This document shows, piece after piece, positions 1 through 10,607 of a stretch of DNA of 37,192 nucleotides. Both the position numbers and the translations under genes were made by a program. The notes beneath the pieces were generated by a model. That model did not search any database, had not been told where the DNA came from, and saw only the letters and a program-made list of their open reading frames with translations. Origin of the DNA: an uncultured Gammaproteobacteria bacterium (lineage in GTDB: Bacteria; Pseudomonadota; Gammaproteobacteria; JADZEE01); contig CAZBOQ010000199.1 of assembly GCA_964493555.1 (NCBI GenBank), positions 1 to 37,192 of the forward strand, written 5' to 3'. Numbering within the stretch: the first letter of the stretch is position 1; each line of letters begins with the position of its first letter.

Positions 1-476
1 GTCGGCCGCTTGGCTAGAAAAAATTCTTCGCTCAAGCCAACATCAGCGTAGCCGACATATTCGGGCGTCAGCGGCAACATTATTTTTCGCCGGCCGCCGT
101 CGTTAAACTCACCGGCCAACAGGTTAAACAGGGTAAAAAAACTGCCCTGGCTACCAGTGGTAATTGCTATATTTTTATGCGTGATCTGCCATCCAAATTG
201 GCGCTCTAGCAACTGAGCAAGTGCCGTTCGGAACTGCAGATCGCCACCGGGCGGCCCGTAGTCACCCACCAGCTGCGCAAATGCCGCTGGTTCGCTAAAA
301 ATCGCTTGCATGCGCGCCTGAAAGATCGCCTCGACCTCCGGGATATGTGCAGGGTTACCACCGCCCAGCATATGAATGGGCTCACTGCTATGCAGTGACT
401 CACCGAAATCATCCATCAGCTGACGAATCGCTGAGTCACGGGTAAAACGCTGACCAAAAGCAGAGAGTTTCATCAT
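1..476 (-). CDS. avtA: Valine-pyruvate aminotransferase, 3'-truncated by the window edge (not in ORF track)
   Basis: Manual translation from ATG 476/473: MMKLSAFGQRFTRDSAIRQLMDDFGESL..MLGGGNPAHIPE..NIAITTGSQGSFFTLFNLLAG..LPLTPEYVGYADVGL. This matches AvtA motifs (MLGGGNPA, GSQ-FF-LFNL, PEYxGYAD), and the frame is open to position 1. Confidence 0.9.
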   Translation of the reverse strand, partial: MMKLSAFGQRFTRDSAIRQLMDDFGESLHSSEPIHMLGGGNPAHIPEVEAIFQARMQAIFSEPAAFAQLVGDYGPPGGDLQFRTALAQLLERQFGWQITHKNIAITTGSQGSFFTLFNLLAGEFNDGGRRKIMLPLTPEYVGYADVGLSEEFFLAKRP

Positions 477-531
477 CTGTCTTATTATAAACTCGCTACC
501 AGAAGACACATCCAGCGGTCATGATTGCAAA

Positions 532-855
532 ATGCATCCGCTATTATTAAGAACCTTATGCTTCGCACTCGCCCTTCTGGCAGTCAGCATGGTGGTTAGC
601 GGTCCGTCGGCAGATGCGCACGGTTCGCTGGCAGAATCGGGCCTTGTTTTGAATGTCATCACACCAGTCTTTGCCATAATCTTAACCTTCATACCACCGC
701 TGGACGTGACCATGACACGAGTCTTCATGAACAACGGTGAAGCCACGGAAGAACCACAACGTTACAAATACATCCTGCTAGGCGAAGCGGTCTTACGAGT
801 CGTTTTGCTCGTCGGCTGGCTGCCTTTTGTGCTCACCGCTGTTCAACAAGATTGA
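532..855 (+). CDS. Hypothetical small membrane protein
   Basis: 107-aa ORF with about three hydrophobic segments. It fills the gap between divergent avtA and convergent dinB. Confidence 0.55.
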   Translation: MHPLLLRTLCFALALLAVSMVVSGPSADAHGSLAESGLVLNVITPVFAIILTFIPPLDVTMTRVFMNNGEATEEPQRYKYILLGEAVLRVVLLVGWLPFVLTAVQQD

Positions 856-863
856 TCAGACGA

Positions 864-1952
864 TTAAAACAGCCCCAACTGCGTCCGGTCCTGTAGCTCG
901 AGCGAATTGAAAAGACGGGCGGCACCAACGCCGAGCAACCGCACTTCACGCGCACCCGCCTCAGTTTTGTCAAGTAAATCACGCAAATGTACGTCCAGTC
1001 CCGGCTCTTTGCACACGGTTGACTCTAGCGTACGCGCTCGAGTGACTAATTCGAAATCCGCGTATTTCACTTTGATGCAAAGCGTCCGAGCATCCAGGTC
1101 ACGCGCCTCAAGCGATGCCACCACCTCACCCGCGAGACGCCCTAAGTGCTCCATCATTTCGTCCCGATCGCTAATATCGACGGCAAACGTGGTCTCCGTA
1201 CTCAGTGACTTCCTCACCCGCTCGGTATAGACCGGACGTTCATCAATTCCACGTGCGATGTTGTAGTAATAATGGCCGGTTTTACCAAACCGCTGCTGCA
1301 ACCGCGTTAGGCTCCAGCATTTGAGCTCCGTGCCCGTGAAAATCCCGAGCGACTTCATCTTGCGTTCGGTGGCAGCCCCTATGCCCACAAATTTACGAAT
1401 CGGCAACTCCTCGATAAACGCCGGCCCTTCATCAGGCGTTATGACATATAACCCATCAGGCTTGTCTATATCTGAGGCAATCTTGGCAAGAAATTTATTG
1501 TAAGAGATCCCGGCTGACGCGACCAAATCGACTTCGGCTTTGATATCTCGTTTAATCGCCCGAGCGATTAGGGTCGCCGAACCCTTGTGCAAAGTAGACT
1601 CTGATACATCCAGGTAAGCTTCATCCAGTGACAAAGGTTCTACGAGCGATGAATAGCGCGAGAAAATTTCACGGATCTCGTTCGATACTTCACGATAGAT
1701 AGAAAACCGCGGACGAATAAACAGTGCCTGAGGACAGCGTCGGTAGGCCTCAGCAGCCGGCATTGCCGAATGGATCCCGTAAGCCCGAGCTTCGTAGCTG
1801 CAGGCCGCGACCACTCCTCGACCGTGTGGATTGCCACCAACGATCACCGGTTTCCCACGCAGATCGGGAGCGTCCCGTTGCTCTACTGACGCATAAAACG
1901 CGTCCATATCTACATGGATAATTTTGCGTAACTTCGTTTCGCTCGAACCCAC
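864..1952 (-). CDS. dinB: DNA polymerase IV (Y family)
   Basis: RKIIHVDMDAFYASVEQRD, SYEARAYGIHSAMP, EPLSLDEAYLD and NKFLAKIASD-KPDG motifs, plus a C-terminal clamp-binding QLGLF. Confidence 0.97.
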   Translation of the reverse strand: MGSSETKLRKIIHVDMDAFYASVEQRDAPDLRGKPVIVGGNPHGRGVVAACSYEARAYGIHSAMPAAEAYRRCPQALFIRPRFSIYREVSNEIREIFSRYSSLVEPLSLDEAYLDVSESTLHKGSATLIARAIKRDIKAEVDLVASAGISYNKFLAKIASDIDKPDGLYVITPDEGPAFIEELPIRKFVGIGAATERKMKSLGIFTGTELKCWSLTRLQQRFGKTGHYYYNIARGIDERPVYTERVRKSLSTETTFAVDISDRDEMMEHLGRLAGEVVASLEARDLDARTLCIKVKYADFELVTRARTLESTVCKEPGLDVHLRDLLDKTEAGAREVRLLGVGAARLFNSLELQDRTQLGLF

Positions 1953-2070
1953 GGCATTAGTATATCGCCCTACGATGTATAGTCCGGCAACGTTTCGCCA
2001 TACCCCCTTCTATGCGAACATAGCGCGTCTTGACCATGGAGTCCCGGCGCATCAGCGCGCAAAAACCATC

Positions 2071-5012
2071 ATGCAGACCAGTTGTTCCCGGAAAACCCTT
2101 GCGATACTCGCTGCGATGTTGGTGCTGTCAGGCTGCGTAACGACTGAGAGCACGCGTCTGTCGTCCGTTGTCAAAGACATTGTAAAGAGCCCCAATGATT
2201 CTCGGGATTACACATACTTTGTGTTGCCGAATGCACTACGCGTGCTTGTCATTTCAGATCCTGAAACCGACAAGGCTGGAGCGGCGTTGAACGTCGGAGT
2301 GGGAAGTTTGCACGATCCAGTAGGGCGTGAGGGCCTTGCTCATTTTCTAGAACACATGCTATTCCTTGGCACGGAAAAGTATCCTGCAGCGGGTGAGTAC
2401 CAGAATTTTATTAACACCCATGGCGGGAATCACAACGCCTATACTGCAGCCGAGGACACCAATTACTTTTTGGTATCGATAAAGACTACCTGGAACCGGC
2501 TTTAGATCGCTTTAGTCAATTCTTCGTCGCACCCCTATTCAATAAAGAGTACGTCGCGCGTGAAAAAAATGCGGTTCACTCTGAGTACCAGTCGCGTCTA
2601 AAAGACGACACGCGCCGAATCTATTCAGTCTTACAACAGGTTATCAATCCCGCACACCCGGCTTCCCGATTCAACGTCGGCAGCCTGGAGACGCTGGCGG
2701 ATCGTGGTGACGATACCGTGCTGGGTGAACTCCTAGCGTTCTACCAAAAATACTATTCCCCAGAGCTCATGACCCTAGTAATCATCGGCAAGGAGCCGCC
2801 AGCGAGGCTAACGGCCTGGGCTAGAGAGAAATTTGGCGGTTTAGAAAAACGTTCAGCGTCCATCCCAGCAGTGACCGAACCTCTGTTCGTGCCCGGTCGC
2901 CTGCCAGTGCGTTTGAATATTGTCCCGGCAAGTGATCAGCGAACCTTGAGGCTGACATTCCCGCTACCGCCGGTACGCCGCCACACACTTACCGCCCCGG
3001 TCAATTACGTTGCAAATCTGATTGGTCACGAAGGACAAGGAAGTTTACTGTCCTCACTTAAGGAAACGGGCTGGGCAGATTCTCTGAGCGCTGGGTTGGG
3101 CTTTGATAATCGTGATAATGCCGCGCTCTCGATCTCCGTCGGGCTGACGCAGCAGGGTTTACTGAAAGTCGACCAGATCGTTTCGCGCGTCTTTGCCTAC
3201 CTGCGGCTTATCAAAGCGCAGGGGGTCAGCGCATGGCGATTCGATGAACAACGTCGGCTAAATGAGATCAGTTTTCAGTTCGTGCAAAAATCCGATGCCG
3301 TTCAATACGCCAGTAGCATTGCCGGTGACTTACAACGTTTCCCTGTGCGAGACGTACTGCGCGGTCGCTACTACCAACCCGACTACGACGATGATTTGAT
3401 CTTTCAATTCCTGCACTGGCTGCGACCCGATAACGTCGCCATGGTGGTCATCGCTAAGGGTCTGGAAACCGATCGAGTGGAATCGTCGTATGGGGCAAAG
3501 TATTCCGTTACGCCGATTGGTTCGAAAACGCTTCTGCACTGGGCCAGCACGCCCACTGGGGCCACTGGACTAGCGCTTCCTCGCCGCAACATTTTTATCC
3601 CAGACGTGCTAACACTGAAAAAGACGGACAGCGTCGGAGCCGTACCGATCCGGCTCGCTGACGCCCCAGGTTATGAGCTCTGGCACAAACAGGATGCCGA
3701 TTTTCGTCAGCCGCGGGCCGATTTCTTTTTCTCGGCACGTTCACCCCAGTCCAACAACAGCCCGCGTAATGCCGTGCTAGCCAATTTGTTCGTAAAGATC
3801 GTCAACGACAATCTAACCGAATTCATCTACCCTGCCCTGCTCGCGGGGCTCCACTACGAGTTGTACACCCACATGCGCGGTATCACCGTACGTATCTCCG
3901 GGTTCGATCAACAACAGGGAACGCTGTTGAAGAAGATTGTAGCAGCGCTGCGCAAACCCTCGGTTGATGCGAGGCGGTTTGCAGCCCTGAAAGACGACCT
4001 AGCACGGTCGATAAGGAACACCGAGAACACACCACCGTATACCCAAGCGATGAGGGAGATCCGAAACCTGCTGCTGCGACCCTATTGGACCGTTGAACAA
4101 CGATTGGAAGCGCTGGCCAAGGTGACAAGCGACGAGCTAGTGGCATTCGTTCCTAAATTACTTGCCGATCTCCATGTCGTCGCGCTTTCTCACGGCAATG
4201 TCTCAACTAACGACAGTCTCAAGCTGGGCAGCATCCTCGCCAATCAGCTAGTAGCCCATGCCGACCCGGCAACAGTTGCCCCCGGCCGGGTGATCCGTCT
4301 GGCAGCAGAGCACGCGCGCCTGCGAGAACTCGCGATCGATCACCCGGACTCTACTCTTGCTGTGTACTACCAGAGCGATGACAAGACTGTGCGAAGCCGC
4401 GCACAATATGATCTATTGGGTAAGATAATCTCCGCGCCCTTCTACAACAAACTGCGTACCAACAAGCAACTAGGCTACATCGTCCACGCCAGCTCGTCAC
4501 CGCTGTTGGAGGTTCCCGGACTAGTCGGCTTAGTGCAATCACCGGGGACGGCACCGTCTGCACTACTAGACCACATCGACGATTTCATCGGCGAATTCCG
4601 TCAATCACTGATGGAGCTTGACGAAACGGCCTTCAATCAACACAAGCACGGTCTCATTTCACGACTTACAAAGGACGACGAACGGCTGGGCACCCGCAGC
4701 GACCGTTATTGGAGAGAACTCGATCTACAACATTACGGATTTGACTCGCGCAAAGCTCGCGTACGGGAACTTACGACTCTCAGTCTCGCCGAATTCCAGC
4801 AATTTTATCAACAGCGTGTAACTAACCAGAATACCGAACGCTTACTGATCGTATCGACTGGAACCAATCACCAGGGCGCAACGCCTCCGACGGAAACGCA
4901 ACTTATCGCCGATCCGCTCCTTTTCGCCCAGGATAAGCACTATTTCCCGAGTGCATCGACTAGGGCGGCCGAAGACAGCCCATCCAACGGCACCCGGCCT
5001 ACCCACTTCTAG
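2071..5012 (+). pseudogene. ptrA: Pitrilysin/insulinase (peptidase M16A) interrupted by a one-base frameshift near 2467-2471 (real lesion or sequencing error)
   Basis: The N-terminal frame has a lipobox-like signal (LAAMLVLSGC), KSPNDSRDY and GLAHFLEHMLFLGTEKYP (HxxEH). After TNYF the homologous sequence continues in another frame (GIDKDYLEPALDRFSQFFVAPLF..REKNAVHSEY) into ORF 2718-5012, which has LIGHEGQGSLLS and LRTNKQLGYIV. Adding one T gives about 980 aa. Confidence 0.85.
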
Positions 5013-5048
5013 CCCCGTTCATTGCGGATAACCACTGGCGCCGTTCCA

Positions 5049-5086
5049 TTCCGAAAAATTGGCAAATGCCGGAAATACTTTTTTTT
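5049..5086 (+). terminator. Possible intrinsic terminator after the peptidase gene
   Basis: Weak TTCCG..GGC-AAAT-GCC..CGGAA stem followed by a T8 run. Confidence 0.3.
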
Positions 5087-5386
5087 AGTTTTGATTCCTG
5101 TGCTCCATGTGTTCTCATTAACGACACTAACTACCTTTCGCTCTAGCACAAACATCTCAGTCTAGAAGCAATGTAAGACAAGAAAGTGCAGGGCACTAAC
5201 CTGTCATAACCTCAGGCATTCGTACCCCCCCCAGAGCATGCCGAAGCAGTCTACTAATCCAAAAAGCAGTGGTTGTGTCAAAGATTTTTTATTTGTCCAA
5301 TTTATTCCGACAAACGAATCCGCAAACTCGGTTATCCGTGTACAATACGCGACCGCCTCAAATGGATCGTTTCAATGCGACCGACC

Positions 5387-6463
5387 ATGTTCCAAACCAC
5401 CGACGATCTCCGCATCGGAGGATTGCGCCCGCTGTTGCCTCCGGCGATCCTGATGGAAGAGTTGCCAATCGACGAATCCACATCGGCGCTCGTAGCAAAC
5501 TCACGAAGACAGACCGAAGCCATTATCTCCGGGGATGACGACCGGTTACTAGCGATTGTCGGTCCCTGCTCCATTCACGATACCGGTGCAGCGCTGGAAT
5601 ATGCTGAGCTCCTGCACGCAGCTGCGAGTCGTCTGCAAAACGATCTGTTCGTCATTATGCGCGTTTATTTCGAAAAACCGAGAACCACAGTCGGCTGGAA
5701 AGGCTTGATCAATGATCCGCATCTGGATGGAAGTTTTGATATCAACACAGGTCTGCGCCGCGCACGCAAGCTCCTAGTGGATCTTGCTGAACGCGGCATT
5801 CCCGCTGGCTCCGAATTCTTGGATGTGATCACGCCACAATTTATCGCCGATCTAATTAGCTGGGGAGCCATCGGCGCGCGTACAACTGAAAGCCAGGTAC
5901 ATCGAGAACTCGCCTCAGGCATGTCCATGCCCATAGGTTTCAAAAACGGCACCGACGGCAACATTCAGATTGCAATGGACGCTATCGGCGCAGCGCGCCA
6001 TCCTCACCATTTTCTATCGGTTACCAAACAAGGCAGCTCAGCCATCGTGGAGACCTGCGGCAACTCGACCTGTCACCTCATCTTGCGCGGCGCGACCACT
6101 GGGCCGAACTACGATAGTTCGTCGATTGCGACCTGCACTGAGCAGTTGGACCAGCACGGCTTATGTCAACGTGTTCTAGTTGATTGTAGTCACGGTAACA
6201 GTAACAAGGACTACACTCTGCAACCGGTTGCGGCGCTCGCGGTTGCTGAACAGGTCAGCAGTGGAGTCCGAAACATCTGCGGCGTGATGCTAGAAAGCCA
6301 TCTGAAGGCGGGCAATCAGAAACAACACCCGAACCAGGATTTGGTTTACGGTCAAAGCATCACAGATGCCTGCATGGCTTGGGAAATGACCGAGCCACTA
6401 CTGGACAGACTAGGTTCCGCTGTACGCTCGCGACGCCAATGCAAAAGCAACGCCGTTACTTAG
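5387..6463 (+). CDS. aroG: 3-deoxy-7-phosphoheptulonate (DAHP) synthase, class I alpha (AroF/G/H family)
   Basis: GPCSIHD, RVYFEKPRTTVGWKGLINDP, GAIGARTTESQVHRE, DCSHGNS and YGQSITDAC motifs. Start placed at MFQTTDDLRI by homology. The feedback effector cannot be assigned. Confidence 0.93.
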   Translation: MFQTTDDLRIGGLRPLLPPAILMEELPIDESTSALVANSRRQTEAIISGDDDRLLAIVGPCSIHDTGAALEYAELLHAAASRLQNDLFVIMRVYFEKPRTTVGWKGLINDPHLDGSFDINTGLRRARKLLVDLAERGIPAGSEFLDVITPQFIADLISWGAIGARTTESQVHRELASGMSMPIGFKNGTDGNIQIAMDAIGAARHPHHFLSVTKQGSSAIVETCGNSTCHLILRGATTGPNYDSSSIATCTEQLDQHGLCQRVLVDCSHGNSNKDYTLQPVAALAVAEQVSSGVRNICGVMLESHLKAGNQKQHPNQDLVYGQSITDACMAWEMTEPLLDRLGSAVRSRRQCKSNAVT

Positions 6464-7335
6464 CGCTCCACTCACCTGTCAGAAGATGCAGTTCTCCTAG
6501 CGACCAGTTTGAACTCCAGCAACTCGATCTCCATGTCAGGCATAGACTGACCCGACTGCGCTTCGTTTGGCAACAACCAAAGATCCGCCAACTCGCGTTT
6601 TACTAATAGCAATTCGCCGATCGCTATCGTTCATCAGATTCTCCTAGCACTACCGTGATAGTTCGTAAATCATCATCACGCTAAGTCCTCCCACTACTCG
6701 CGCCATCATGAGGTAATCGAAACGGTCGTCGAGTATCGAGGCTGCTGTGGTTATAATCGTAACGAAATAGCTCAGTATCGATTGACATACTTGCTGGATT
6801 GTCAGCGTCCTAGAAGAGGGAGCAACCAGGACGGCGAACGTAACGCGGCACGATCACCGTGCGTACCCAGACCCGTCAAGGGGAAAGCGGACTTGCGACG
6901 AAATAATAATTCATTCAGATTGCATGCGCACGAGCGGCTCGAAACTGCGTCGACGTCCTCGTTCCGAGTTATTTCTAGGTTGCTGATTACGGTCTAACCA
7001 ATCGAGGCGGTAGTCTGCATGTTAGCGTGCATAGCCGTGACTAGTTCCGGTAACCGCGCATTGGCAGCGCCGTTAACCGGGAACGAGTTAATCTTTTCGT
7101 GGGGGAGATCCTCGATGCCCATTCAATTCCGAACAGCTTGGTCGTTCGAGCAACCAAATGTGACTCAAAAACGCAGGAAATCGACTGCAGCCTAATTAAC
7201 GACGGGGAAGATCTGAACTTGAGCGACACCAAATGCGAGCGCAGTGACCAAGCCTACCGATGCAAAACGACAAGGGACAGGCTAGCACGATGCAACGGCC
7301 CTGTTATTGCGGTACATTCTTTATCGGGGAACAGT

Positions 7336-7866
7336 ATGACTTCGAATTATCTGAACAACCTCTTTTGGCGAACTATTTACGCTGCCTCGCAGCCACTAGT
7401 TTTGCTTATGCTGCTGCTATCGTCCTCACCCACTGTGGGTGCACCTTTAGATGGTCAGATTTTCGAGGACTGGACTACGCGCTGCGATCTCCAAGACGGT
7501 CCATCCGTGCAGTGCTTCATTTTTCAGGAAGTGCGGCTGCGGGAGAGCGGCCAACGGGTATTGCGAGTCGTAGTAAGTTACATTCCCGGTCAGAACATTC
7601 CGACCGTCGGAGTAGAATTACCACTCGGTATTTTCTTGCCCTCAGGCGCCCGAATACAAGTCGATGATTCGGAACCTCTCATGTTTCAAATTTTTACCTG
7701 CGCCCCCACAGGATGCCAGGCGGGATTCAAGCTCACTGAAGAACGTATGGAGAAATTCAGAGCAGGCAACAAGGCAGTAATAACTTTCGACGACCGATAT
7801 AAACAACCTACCCCGATCGGGATTTCCTTGAACGGCTTCAACGAAGGCCTCGATTCGTTGCAGTAG
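7336..7866 (+). CDS. Invasion-associated locus B (IalB) family exported protein
   Basis: Signal-like N-terminus, then FEDWTTRC..CFIFQ, LPLGIFLPSGARIQVD, C-xxxGC and ISLNGF motifs. GGGGAA RBS before ATG 7336. Confidence 0.8.
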   Translation: MTSNYLNNLFWRTIYAASQPLVLLMLLLSSSPTVGAPLDGQIFEDWTTRCDLQDGPSVQCFIFQEVRLRESGQRVLRVVVSYIPGQNIPTVGVELPLGIFLPSGARIQVDDSEPLMFQIFTCAPTGCQAGFKLTEERMEKFRAGNKAVITFDDRYKQPTPIGISLNGFNEGLDSLQ

Positions 7867-7878
7867 CCTCCAGAGAAT

Positions 7879-8355
7879 CTACCGCTTCCTTTTCAGTCGT
7901 CTCTTCTCAAAGATTTCATGCCGAACCCAATCACCGGCTTTGATGCCTAACTCTAACGCTGTACCTGCGTTCACTTCCAACACTGCACGCACCGGTTGCT
8001 CGGATCTAATACTGTCCCTGGTCAAAGGCTTAGTTGACTCGACAATCGAACTTATCCTTCCATCATCGCCGATGAACAACATGTCCAATGATATTACTGT
8101 ATTAGACATCCACATGCTGATCGGCACTTCTTTTTTGAAATCGAACAGCATTCCGCGATTCTCCGCCAGTGTTTTGCGAAACATCAAACCTCTGCGCCGC
8201 TGCCGTCGGGTATTCGCCACTTCGACTTCAAATGTATGAGCGCCCCCGTCAGCGACCTCGATGGTCAAGGGTGTCCGATTGAGCTCACGAGCATCAGCAT
8301 CGCCAACGGCGAATACGGTGACGGTGATCAGCAGGACGTTTTTAAAATAGTTCAT
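7879..8355 (-). CDS. DUF192 family exported protein
   Basis: EVA-T---R-RGLMFR, GMLFDF, MWMSNT-ISLDMLFI and VLEVNAG motifs, with a signal peptide. Confidence 0.9.
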   Translation of the reverse strand: MNYFKNVLLITVTVFAVGDADARELNRTPLTIEVADGGAHTFEVEVANTRRQRRRGLMFRKTLAENRGMLFDFKKEVPISMWMSNTVISLDMLFIGDDGRISSIVESTKPLTRDSIRSEQPVRAVLEVNAGTALELGIKAGDWVRHEIFEKRRLKRKR

Positions 8356-8595
8356 GGAGAGAAATCGCCCAGAGACAATTGCTCACGCTAACAAAGCTCC
8401 ATCAACCGGGTCAAACGATTGCAACATACTGAATGTTATGATTGAATGAGGACTTTCCGATACCATAATCCGACGCAGTCAAAGATGAGACTCCGGCAGT
8501 ACTTCCGGTCGTTCCCTGTCTGTCGCCGATCACGCCCCCAAGCACAGACCTAGCGGGAAGGATGCGACTGAACCGAATTGAGAAGGAAATGATTG

Positions 8596-8955
8596 ATGAA
8601 TATCTATGTAGGAAACCTGCCGTACACTGTCGGCGATGATGATTTGCGCGCACTTTTTGAGCAATTCGGCCAAATAAATTCCGCTGAAGTGATCATAGAC
8701 CGGCGTAGCAATCGTTCGCGCGGCTATGGCTTTGTCGAAATGGGTGATGAGGATGGTAATGAAGCTATCGACACCCTGAACGGCAGCGACTTCGAAGGGC
8801 GCACCCTGAGGGTCGATGAGTCGCAGCCAAAATCGGAAAAGGTATCTAACAATCGGTCACGGCGAAAACCTCGCCACCCGAGTGGTCCGCGACGAGGCCA
8901 GCCAAACGCGGAACCAAGCGGAATTCGAGGCTTCTTCAAAAAACTGTTTGGGTGA
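8596..8955 (+). CDS. Single-RRM RNA-binding protein with a basic tail
   Basis: RNP2 NIYVGNL and RNP1 RGYGFVEM motifs, with an AAGGAA RBS. Confidence 0.93.
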   Translation: MNIYVGNLPYTVGDDDLRALFEQFGQINSAEVIIDRRSNRSRGYGFVEMGDEDGNEAIDTLNGSDFEGRTLRVDESQPKSEKVSNNRSRRKPRHPSGPRRGQPNAEPSGIRGFFKKLFG

Positions 8956-8994
8956 GACGAGAAACGACTTCAGGTTTTTATCTGAGATTAAGTG

Positions 8995-10584
8995 TCACAT
9001 CGAGATTTGAATGGTTTTTCGTATCGCCGCTAGTCCGTCGACTTTCTGAATTATCTTCTCGCCTAGGGGCTCAGAAATTTCCATGACTGCGACCGCGCTG
9101 TTGCTGTTATCAGCCGTCCCCACCTGCATTCGCGTGATGTTTACGTCCGCTTCGCCCAATACTGCTCCCAACGCACCAATGACGCCAGGCCTATCTTCGT
9201 GCATTGTGATAAGCAAATGACCCTCTAAGTGCGCCTCCATCTCATAACGATTGATAGTAACCAGACGCGGATGGCGATCATCATAAAGGGTGCCCGAGAC
9301 TACGATTTCACCACCGGCGTAGCGTCCGGCGACGGTTATCAATGAGAGATACTCGGAGGTTTCCTCTGAGCGAGTTTCAACCAGCACGATGCCCTGGCGT
9401 TTCGCAAGGTGCACGGCGTTCACTTGGTTTACCGGCATCGATAAATGCTCGCCCAGCAACCCGACTAGCGCCTCAACTGCCACTGGGTGAGTATCCAGCA
9501 CAGCGGCTCGGCCATTGAGGCTAACCTCAACCTGGCTAAGTGCCTTTGGCGCCATCAATGCTATCAGTCTGGCCAGGCGATACGCCAGTTTCTGATAGGG
9601 ACGCGAGCGCCCAAGTTCATCAGCCGAAACTCCGGCGATATTCACTGCATTGATGGGCTCACCGGTTCTGAGGAACGTCACTACCTGATTTGCGATCTCG
9701 ACGCCGACCGCTTCCTGGGCTTCTTTCGTAGAGGCGCCTAAATGCGGTGTAAACACGATGTTGGAGAGTTTGAATAACGGCGAATCCGTGGGCGGCTCTT
9801 CGGCGTACACGTCCAAGGCCGCGCCAGCCAGTCTGCCTTGTTCGAGCACCTCGTAAAGCGCCTGCTCGTCAATCAGCCCGCCGCGTGCGCAATTGATGAT
9901 GCGCGCGCCCGGCTTTACCGTCGCCAGACGTTCAGCGCTCAGCAGATTTCTGGTGGCGTCGGTCACTGGACAGTGCAAGCTGATGTAATCCGACTCAGCA
10001 ATGAGTTTATCGAGCTCCGCTGATTCCACGCCTTCTTGTTCGAACACACCAGGTGACACATAGGGGTCGTGTGCGATCACGCGTAGTTTCAGGCCCAGAG
10101 CACGAGAGGCAACAATTCGGCCAATAGTGCCGTAACCAACGACACCCAAGGTCTTACGGGCTACTTCCGCACCGACAAACTTCGCCCGCTTCCACTCGCC
10201 CGCACGCACCGAGGCGTCGGCGTTCGGCAAATGTCGACTCAGAGAGAGGATGTGGGCGATGGCAAGCTCCGCGGTCGTGGTCGCATTTGCATCAGGCGTA
10301 TTCAGTACAACGATCCCGCGTTCGGTAGCGCACTGCACGTTGATATTGTCCACACCAATGCCAGCGCGCCCAATCACTTTGAGCCGCCTACCACTTTCGA
10401 TAACTTTATCGGTGACCTGGGTGACACTACGAACGACAATCGCGTCGGCATCGACGACACGTTCGCAGATCTCTGCTTCGCCCAAACCAATAGACACATC
10501 AACTTCGAACTGCGCCTCGGCCTCAAGCATCGCAATGCCCTTTTGCGCGATCTTATCTGCAACCAAGATCTTCTTGGTTTCCAT
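8995..10584 (-). CDS. serA: D-3-phosphoglycerate dehydrogenase, long type with ASB and ACT domains
   Basis: GRAGIGVDN, GYGTIG, INCARGG and TPHLGAST motifs, C-terminal ACT (DRPGVIG), 529 aa. Confidence 0.95.
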   Translation of the reverse strand: METKKILVADKIAQKGIAMLEAEAQFEVDVSIGLGEAEICERVVDADAIVVRSVTQVTDKVIESGRRLKVIGRAGIGVDNINVQCATERGIVVLNTPDANATTTAELAIAHILSLSRHLPNADASVRAGEWKRAKFVGAEVARKTLGVVGYGTIGRIVASRALGLKLRVIAHDPYVSPGVFEQEGVESAELDKLIAESDYISLHCPVTDATRNLLSAERLATVKPGARIINCARGGLIDEQALYEVLEQGRLAGAALDVYAEEPPTDSPLFKLSNIVFTPHLGASTKEAQEAVGVEIANQVVTFLRTGEPINAVNIAGVSADELGRSRPYQKLAYRLARLIALMAPKALSQVEVSLNGRAAVLDTHPVAVEALVGLLGEHLSMPVNQVNAVHLAKRQGIVLVETRSEETSEYLSLITVAGRYAGGEIVVSGTLYDDRHPRLVTINRYEMEAHLEGHLLITMHEDRPGVIGALGAVLGEADVNITRMQVGTADNSNSAVAVMEISEPLGEKIIQKVDGLAAIRKTIQISM

Positions 10585-10607
10585 CGGTATTGGCTATCCT
10601 TTTCTCT

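Noticed and set aside
206-412. 68-aa minus-strand ORF in the track
   Set aside because: It is an alternate frame inside the real avtA gene, which the track missed because it runs off the edge.
1924-2070. N-terminal extension of the peptidase ORF
   Set aside because: It overlaps the dinB start, and the signal peptide begins at ATG 2071.
5276-5293. Possible TyrR box upstream of the DAHP synthase gene (TGTCAA-N6-TTTATT)
   Set aside because: Three mismatches from TGTAAA-N6-TTTACA in AT-rich sequence is too weak to call.
7099-7335. Long N-terminal extension of the IalB ORF
   Set aside because: Not protein-like, and the RBS and signal peptide fit ATG 7336.
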